The notes below the pieces were generated by a model. The model was not told the origin of the DNA. It saw only the letters and a list, made by a program, of their open reading frames with translations, and made no database searches. A DNA stretch of 64,000 bases, taken from assembly GCA_051294375.1 (NCBI GenBank), contig CM119266.1:16031384-16095383 (forward strand), read 5' to 3'. Below, one piece after another: positions 55,725-64,000 of the stretch (position 1 is its first letter; every line of letters begins with the position of its first letter). The translations under genes were made by a program, and so were the position numbers. Source of the stretch: Paraspadella gotoi (taxonomy: Eukaryota; Animalia; Chaetognatha).

Positions 55725-57315
55725 CAGATTTGGCTTAGACGAGGGAAGCGTCGCTGGCTTTAATTTTTGAGTTACGTTCGACTTTAGTTTAACATTTGGG
55801 TCTGATTATGTTTTCAAAGGCAGAAAGAAAAGTTTTATACCAAATTTGGATCAAAGTCGAAACCAGTTTTTTTACGGTTTCTCGACTGAAATTCATTCAG
55901 AGTAATCCGGATGAAACAAGAATAGAATAAGAAAAGGATAAAGTCTTTAAGGAGAGAAACGTGAAAAACCGGATTTCGAAATCTTTCTCTTGTCGATAAA
56001 AAGACATCGACACGTAGAAATCGTGCTAGTAAAAAGATCATTTCGACTTGCCATGTCTGTTAACAAAACAAAACATCCGCAATCCTAATCACTTTTATTA
56101 CTTTTTAAAGTTAATACAAGGAATTCCAATACAAAGAAAGTAGAGAGGGAAATAGAAGAAATTATTAAGATTCTGAATTTTTTAAAAATGGGGAATTATT
56201 TTTTTTTTTTTTTTTAAATACAATTCTAAACGACGGTCTGAAACCATTGAGCGCTGAAAGTTGTTCGACGCGTCGGCTAGAGAGACGCTTTTCTCGGAAA
56301 TACATCATAATGGTGATGGAAAAATACGAAATTGAGGCCATGAGCCATTTGGAATCCCATTTCCAAACTTTTAAATCATTTCGATCCATTTCGAGAATTT
56401 TCCTGTCATTTGAAGAGGGTTTTTTTTTTTTTGGAGAGAGAGAAACTCTCTCAATTGATATGGAAACGATATATGGAAAAGGGGCCGGGGGGGGCAGCCT
56501 AAGAAGCGGCGGCGTTTTTGGGAAAATTGCAAAAGTTTGAAATTGAGAAATGAACGTTTGCCAATGAGGATATGGGACCGAGTTAAATTTTTTAAAATGA
56601 GATTTTTAGGAGAAAAAAAATGTGGATTTTTCTTTCTTTCCAGTTGGATGATCGGGTTATCAACACGCATTCATCAAGCTTTTTATTAAACTAAATAAAA
56701 CTAAAACGATTCAAGCGACATCTCCATGGAAATATTCCCCCTTTTTTAGACACCTTCGATTCCTGTTATGCGATCTTTGTCGTTTTTCGCTTCCGCTCCG
56801 ATCCCGGAAGATAACCCGGAATCCATTAGATATTTGTGATGCCATCTTCCGTGCGTCTTGATTGCTCCTCCGATCATAACGCCATTACGCAAGCCGCGTC
56901 GTCGTTGTTGTCGTCGTCGATGTCGTCGTCTTCATGTTTGTCATCTGCGATCGTTTTTTTTTTTTCAAGATCACCTTGTTGTTGTATTTTTTTGTTGTAG
57001 TTGTTTTTAAATTTGTTTTAATAGTACATAGAACAAAACTATTAATATGAATATAAATTGTTAGAGTTTCGCTATATTCAAGCAAATATGACGGAAATTG
57101 GGTGGCAAACCCCTTACAATCTTTTCCCTTTCCTTTTCCCTTTTTCTTTTTCTTTTTCTCCCCTCTTGGAGCCCAACCCTTGCGAACGAAATTCCCTCAC
57201 CTTCTTTCGAATAAAATCTTTTGAAAGAAGAAATAATTTTTTTTATGGTTTTCTCCGCCTTTTGTATCTTTCTCCAATTTTATTCTTTCTTTCTATTCTT
57301 ACTTTTTTTTCATTT

Positions 57316-57363
<48 letters not shown>

Positions 57364-59985
57364 TATTTCTTTATTTCTTTATTTCTTTTTTTCTTTATTT
57401 CTTTATTTCTTTCTTTCTATTTTGTTCTCCCTTTCTCTGCTCCTTCCCCCCGCTTTAAGTCTCTTGGGTGCAATGTCTCATTTTCCCCTTTTTTACGATT
57501 TTCCCTGTCTCGAATTGTCGCTCTTTATTTGTCGGGCAACCGCCTATCACTGCCTTTTATATATTTTTATCAGAAATGTTTTATTATTATCCTTTTGCAG
57601 AATTCGGTTGAGAGTAGGAAACGGTGCGCCGAACAAAACTCGTCGCGATTCACTTCAGAATGTCCGACTCTAGTACATCTTTAATGCTTAGATATACATT
57701 ATAAATAGTTAAATATTTTTTACAATAATTGCGCGTTTTCTCGTGATCTCACATGTCATACCTTTCTCTCATCTAGTACTTACGCTGTGATTCCCTTCTT
57801 CGGCTTTCTCTCCAATGACCTCTCATAATCTTCCAAATCCCCCTTAAACTTCCCTAATAATTGTCAACCCCCTTTCCCATTTCNNNNNNNNNNNNNNNNN
57901 NNNNNNNNNNNNNNNNNNNNNNNNNNNNNNNNNNNNNNNNNNNNNNNNNNNNNNNNNNNNNNNNNNNNNNNNNNNNNNNNNNNNNNNNNNNNNNNNNNNN
58001 NNNNNNNNNNNNNNNNNNNNNNNNNNNNNNNNNNNNNNNNNNNNNNNNNNNNNNNNNNNNNNNNNNNNNNNNNNNNNNNNNNNNNNNNNNNNNNNNNNNN
58101 NNNNNNNNNNNNNNNNNNNNNNNNNNNNNNNNNNNNNNNNNNNNNNNNNNNNNNNNNNNNNNNNNNNNNNNNNNNNNNNNNNNNNNNNNNNNNNNNNNNN
58201 NNNNNNNNNNNNNNNNNNNNNNNNNNNNNNNNNNNNNNNNNNNNNNNNNNNNNNNNNNNNNNNNNNNNNNNNNNNNNNNNNNNNNNNNNNNNNNNNNNNN
58301 NNNNNNNNNNNNNNNNNNNNNNNNNNNNNNNNNNNNNNNNNNNNNNNNNNNNNNNNNNNNNNNNNNNNNNNNNNNNNNNNNNNNNNNNNNNNNNNNNNNN
58401 NNNNNNNNNNNNNNNNNNNNNNNNNNNNNNNNNNNNNNNNNNNNNNNNNNNNNNNNNNNNNNNNNNNNNNNNNNNNNNNNNNNNNNNNNNNNNNNNNNNN
58501 NNNNNNNNNNNNNNNNNNNNNNNNNNNNNNNNNNNNNNNNNNNNNNNNNNNNNNNNNNNNNNNNNNNNNNNNNNNNNNNNNNNNNNNNNNNNNNNNNNNN
58601 NNNNNNNNNNNNNNNNNNNNNNNNNNNNNNNNNNNNNNNNNNNNNNNNNNNNNNNNNNNNNNNNNNNNNNNNNNNNNNNNNNNNNNNNNNNNNNNNNNNN
58701 NNNNNNNNNNNNNNNNNNNNNNNNNNNNNNNNNNNNNNNNNNNNNNNNNNNNNNNNNNNNNNNNNNNNNNNNNNNNNNNNNNNNNNNNNNNNNNNNNNNN
58801 NNNNNNNNNNNNNNNNNNNNNNNNNNNNNNNNNNNNNNNNAAAAAAGCGACAATTGAAGGATTTGGATGAATTTTCTTTTTTCCCTTTTTTTTTTTAACC
58901 ATCGACGCGCGTAACGGGGCTCTTACGTCGCGAAAATGTCGTCGTTTATTTTTTGGGGAAATATTTGGCTTTCAGGTCTTTTCATGGGCTAAATCAGCTC
59001 TTCAATGAAAGGATTTTTAACTTCAAACGCTTTCAAATTAGGATTATTAAGTTTAACTATCTTTTTTTCCGAGTATTTCCGACATTTTTGTATGGCATTA
59101 GTTCAACTCCTTAATGTTATTAACATTTATATGTGAAGTTCTAAAAAAAGTACTAAACAAACAATGATAAAGTTGTTCCCAACATTTATTTCCGATCGAC
59201 GAATAAAAAGACGTCGTTGGCTTCGGACGGCGTCTCGCGTTTCCTCGTATTATTTTTGTTTGTTCACCGTCAAACGTCGACTAAATGACGTTTACCGAAA
59301 TCTCATTATAGGATACNNNNNNNNNNNNNNNNNNNNNNNNNNNNNNNNNNNNNNNNNNNNNNNNNNNNNNNNNNNNNNNNNNNNNNNNNNNNNNNNNNNN
59401 NNNNNNNNNNNNNNNNNNNNNNNNNNNNNNNNNNNNNNNNNNNNNNNNNNNNNNNNNNNNNNNNNNNNNNNNNNNNNNNNNNNNNNNNNNNNNNNNNNNN
59501 NNNNNNNNNNNTTCACGGTGGCTCCAGACGGGAAAGGAAATGACGCCGACGACGACAACAACAACGACGCCACCGCGACGACGACGACGACGACGATGAT
59601 GACGACAACGACACCGCCGACGGTGACGAGTAGAACGGTGGAAAATTAATTTCGTTCTTGAAGCAAACGAAAAGTTAAGCAATAAAATCAAANNNNNNNN
59701 NNNNNNNNNNNNNNNNNNNNNNNNNNNNNNNNNNNNNNNNNNNNNNNNNNNNNNNNNNNNNNNNNNNNNNNNNNNNNNNNNNNNNNNNNNNNNNNNNNNN
59801 NNNNNNNNNNNNNNNNNNNNNNNNNNNNNNNNNNNNNNNNNNNNNNNNNNNNNNNNNNNNNNNNNNNNNNNNNNNNNNNNNNNNNNNNNNNNNNNNNNNN
59901 NNNNNNNNNNNNNNNNNNNNNNNNNNNNNNNNNNNCCCAAGGTTACAAAAAAACCAAACCATGAAATTATTTAATGAATATTTCA

Positions 59986-60082
59986 AAATCTAAACCTAAA
60001 TCTAAACCTAAATCTAAACCTAAATGTAAACCTAAATCTAAACCTAAATCTAAACCTAAATCTAAACCTACCAATCTAAACC
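59986..60082. repeat. 12-bp minisatellite (AAATCTAAACCT)n, ~7-8 units
   Basis: Direct reading; one unit has a C>G change. Confidence 0.9.
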
Positions 60083-60620
60083 AATCCGCAATTTTTTCAC
60101 TGAAGAAAAAACCTCGTAGTTTTTCCCGTCGTCGCGAATGACATTTTCTAATCTTTTTATCCTTTTTTGTTTCGTATCGTCCATCTCATTTTTTTTTCTT
60201 TCATGTTTTCGTATTCTCTCNNNNNNNNNNNNNNNNNNNNNNNNNNNNNNNNNNNNNNNNNNNNNNNNNNNNNNNNNNNNNNNNNNNNNNNNNNNNNNNN
60301 NNNNNNNNNNNNNNNNNNNNNNNNNNNNNNNNNNNNNNNNNNNNNNNNNNNNNNNNNNNNNNNNNNNNNNNNNNNNNNNNNNNNNNNNNNNNNNNNNNNN
60401 NNNNNNNNNNNNNNNNNNNNNNNNNNNNNNNNNNNNNNNNNNNNNNNNNNNNNNNNNNNNNNNNNNNNNNNNNNNNATAAAGAAGAGTGAAACTTAGATA
60501 TAAGGGGAATTGGGGGTGGGGAGTCGGAATGCGTGAAAGAGGCAAAGGGAGAAAGAAAAATGGATGAATAACATCGAGGGAAAATCAGCATCCCTCGGTT
60601 TTAAAAGGACAGAGAGAAAG

Positions 60621-60748
<128 letters not shown>

Positions 60749-63700
60749 GACCACGAGACAGCAAAAGAGAATATTGTGAAGTAGAATGATTATTATGCAA
60801 GGTGCAAATTTGCGACTTGCATGTACATTAATTCTGAAATTGAGAAAGAGAGAGCGAGCTGAAACGTCTTCTTCTCTCTTCACTTTCGATTTTATCTCTC
60901 TCTCTTTCTTTCGTTCTTCTTCTCATAAGACAAACCTGGCCAAAATTCCCAGACTGTTTCTTTCTTCCATGTCATTGAGTAAATGTCGTGGCAAAAATGA
61001 GGTTAGACTGAAGCTTTAAAGGCCCGTAAAAATTAAAAAGAAAATTAAAAGAATAAGCAAATGGCCCCAAAAATTAGCGCGCGGNNNNNNNNNNNNNNNN
61101 NNNNNNNNNNNNNNNNNNNNNNNNNNNNNNNNNNNNNNNNNNNNNNNNNNNNNNNNNNNNNNNNNNNNNNNNNNNNNNNNNNNNNNNNNNNNNNNNNNNN
61201 NNNNNNNNNNNNNNNNNNNNNNNNNNNNNNNNNNNNNNNNNNNNNNNNNNNNNNNGAGAGAGAGAGAGAGAGAGAGAGAGCGGTAGGGGGGAAGTGATTT
61301 AATCTATTTCCTTTCTTTTTTAAGCACCGCGTCTTTTGTTCGTCGTTAACTGCCGTGAGTCTGTTATAGAGATTGAGTTTTTTGAACGGTCGACAGCGAA
61401 AAAGGAAAGAAAGGAAGAAAAGGAAAAAAGAAAGGAAGAAAAGGAAAAGACTAAACAGAGGAAACTAAGAAAAAAAGGGGAAAAAAAATGGAGAAAGAAA
61501 GCAATACGCTTGACAACCGAATCTTGGGATGAAAAGTTTTGTTGAGTGAAAAACGGATACGAAATAAAGAAACATTGAAAAATCCTTTTTAAAAATAGTT
61601 ATCTTTCTTTACTTCTCTATACTTCTCTTTACTCTTTACTTCTCTTTACTTCTCTGTACTTTTCTATACTGAAGACCGGTTTCCCCGGATCAAAACGAGA
61701 CTCAAGATTCGCTTCGTTTCTCTCCGAGTCCCAGTCTTCCGCGAGGCCATCAGCCTCGTGCTTTTTCTTCGCCGTTATTGGGATTTCTCTAGTCCTTTTT
61801 ACGATAAATGGCTCGATTTTCTTTTAATCTATTGCTCTCTCTCTCTCTCTCTCTCTCTCNNNNNNNNNNNNNNNNNNNNNNNNNNNNNNNNNNNNNNNNN
61901 NNNNNNNNNNNNNNNNNNNNNNNNNNNNNNNNNNNNNNNNNNNNNNNNNNNNNNNNNNNNNNNNNNNNNNNNNNNNNNNNNNTCTGTTCAGTCTTCAGGG
62001 TTCGGTTCTTCGCTTTTCTCAGACGCCGACTCCCGATTCATTTATGCTTAATGACATTTCGCTAATTGTACATCTCCGCCATTGTTCTCTGATTGCATTT
62101 CTTTCGAGGGCTTTCCTTTCTTTTCTTCCTTTGTTCTTTTGTTTTTTTCTAGTTTCAACTCCTGGCGGCGAAACAAAATGAAGCGAAGACGTTCACCGGA
62201 CATCGTTAGGGGCAAAGTCGGCGTCTTTTTCGTCGTTACTTTCGTCGTCGTCGTCGGCGTCGTTTTTCGCAGTCCTCTTCGTCTTTTGTAGTTCGCCACG
62301 ATCATCTTTGCTTTCAATAATAATAGTAATAAATGCAAGATAGCTCATTGATTTAATGAATGCTTAATCTCATGTTGGTTGTAAGTTGTAACAATTTCAA
62401 AAAACTTCAAAGAATATCACCATTGTAAAGAAACTACCACAAATACCACGAGATTACGCTGACGTATGATGACAATGACAATGACGAATATACAGCGACG
62501 ACCAATGACAGCAACAACGACAAGCGGACGCAAGAAAGAACAACAAACAAACCGCGACATGATGAGTTTCGTCGTTTTTTGAAGTACTCGATTGTCTAAC
62601 TTGGCGTCGAAGCGCGAAGAAAAGAGCTTCTCTCCCTAATTGAGGCGCGTAGGGGTACCGAGAATCCAAAGAAAAGCGCCGCGAAACAAAAAACAAGAAA
62701 CGTTTTATTTTTTAAACCTTGCAGCGTCGCGGGACCACACTTTCTATCTACTTCTTTACGATTGCTAAATGTGTTTTTTAATATTTTTTTTCAGTTGTTT
62801 TGCTATTAAAAAAAACCTTTCCGCTGACGATCTGGGCCGGTAAGATATTGATAGTAAGATATTGCAAATGTACTAGTATATTTTAAGTATATCTTCTCGG
62901 CCGCTGAAACCGACTCCGTCGAAATGTTAAAAACTTTTAATCCACAATACTAAAAAGACTCATTTTATCTCCTTCTAGATGTATGTTATCGCTCGACGAA
63001 ATGTCGTGATTGGCGTCAGTATCATTTATGGCGTTTGCGAGATGAGCAAATTTGCTCAGTATAAACCTCGTATTGTGGCAATCGAATAATAGTTTTAGCG
63101 ACAAAGAAAAAAACGTAATTCTTGTCGTCGAATGAATTGAAGTTGAAAAAAGAGGGAGAATAAAGAAAGACTATGATTAGGTTAGCTTGCTCGGTTTTTA
63201 GATTTTCATGAATTTTTGACTCACTCCTATTCATTAACTCTTATCCGAGCGTCAAGTTGTCCCTATCTTTCTTTGTCCCTTAGAAGAAAACATAAAAAAA
63301 AAAGTTTCTCCTCCTGTCGATTTGCATATCGGGTAAAGTAAAAAAAAAAAAGTAGTTATGAATTTTATTTTAAAAGTTCGAACCTGACTCTCCGTCTCCG
63401 CTGGCGCCCTCACCGGCGAATCCCTCGCGATCCCTACCCTCTTCTTCCCCGAAGCAAATATGAAGAGGCCTGGGTGGGGGAGGAGGGGAGAGGACGGGTG
63501 AGGGAGGAGGGGGAAGGGTAAGTTATGAAGTGGCAATGGTTTGACTGAGTATTTTAACTGTTGTAGTGTAGACAGTAGAGTGCAGAGAATTTGGGAAAAA
63601 AATTAAAACTTTAATTATGTTATTATTATCATTAGTATGATAACCGTAAACAGAATTAACTTGTTCCCTTTTTTTTCTTTTCTCATAATTTCTTTCTTTT

Positions 63701-64000
63701 TCTTTTTCATATTTTTTTTTTCTTTTTCCTTGAAGTTTAACGACTTTTTTCTTAATTCCTTTATTTAAGTAAAAGTTTTCACAAAGATAAAGTTTCGATG
63801 GTCCGTCGTCGGTGTCGTCGTTGTCATTATCGTCGTTATTGTCGTCGTCGTCGATGTCGCCAAAGGTGCAGTAAAGGAAGTCATTAAGCTGTAGTCTCGC
63901 GTTTGGGGCCAAGTTGTCTTCTGAGGTGATTGTGTCTCGTTAAAATTTTGCTGATAATGACTCGGGAATTTTTTTCTCTCTTTCGCTTCCCCTTTCTCCT

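Overview
Draft-quality eukaryotic, most likely invertebrate animal, genomic DNA: AT-rich, short GT-AG introns, dense (AG)n/(GAC)n microsatellites and many N gaps. Two genes are well supported, both on the minus strand. One is a receptor-type protein tyrosine phosphatase (signal peptide, Ig-like ectodomain interrupted by a mucin-like repeat, TM helix, active D1, degenerate D2; ~41121-48488). The other is a long-form ABCC/MRP transporter (3 exons, 1549 aa, 50823-55724) whose whole core lies in one 3.9 kb exon. About 22 kb (10.6-32.7 kb) plus 44.2-46.1 kb are direct and fold-back copies of neighbouring sequence. They sit next to 25-N gaps and look like long-read gap-filling artefacts. The redundant copies do capture an apparent second haplotype, which carries a 256-bp tRNA-headed insertion with a 5-bp TSD. 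I see no convincing novel multi-gene system. The best leads are the intron-stripped, compositionally bipartite ABCC with an extra-degenerate NBD1, the split Ig domain of the RPTP, and the atypical tRNA-derived element.
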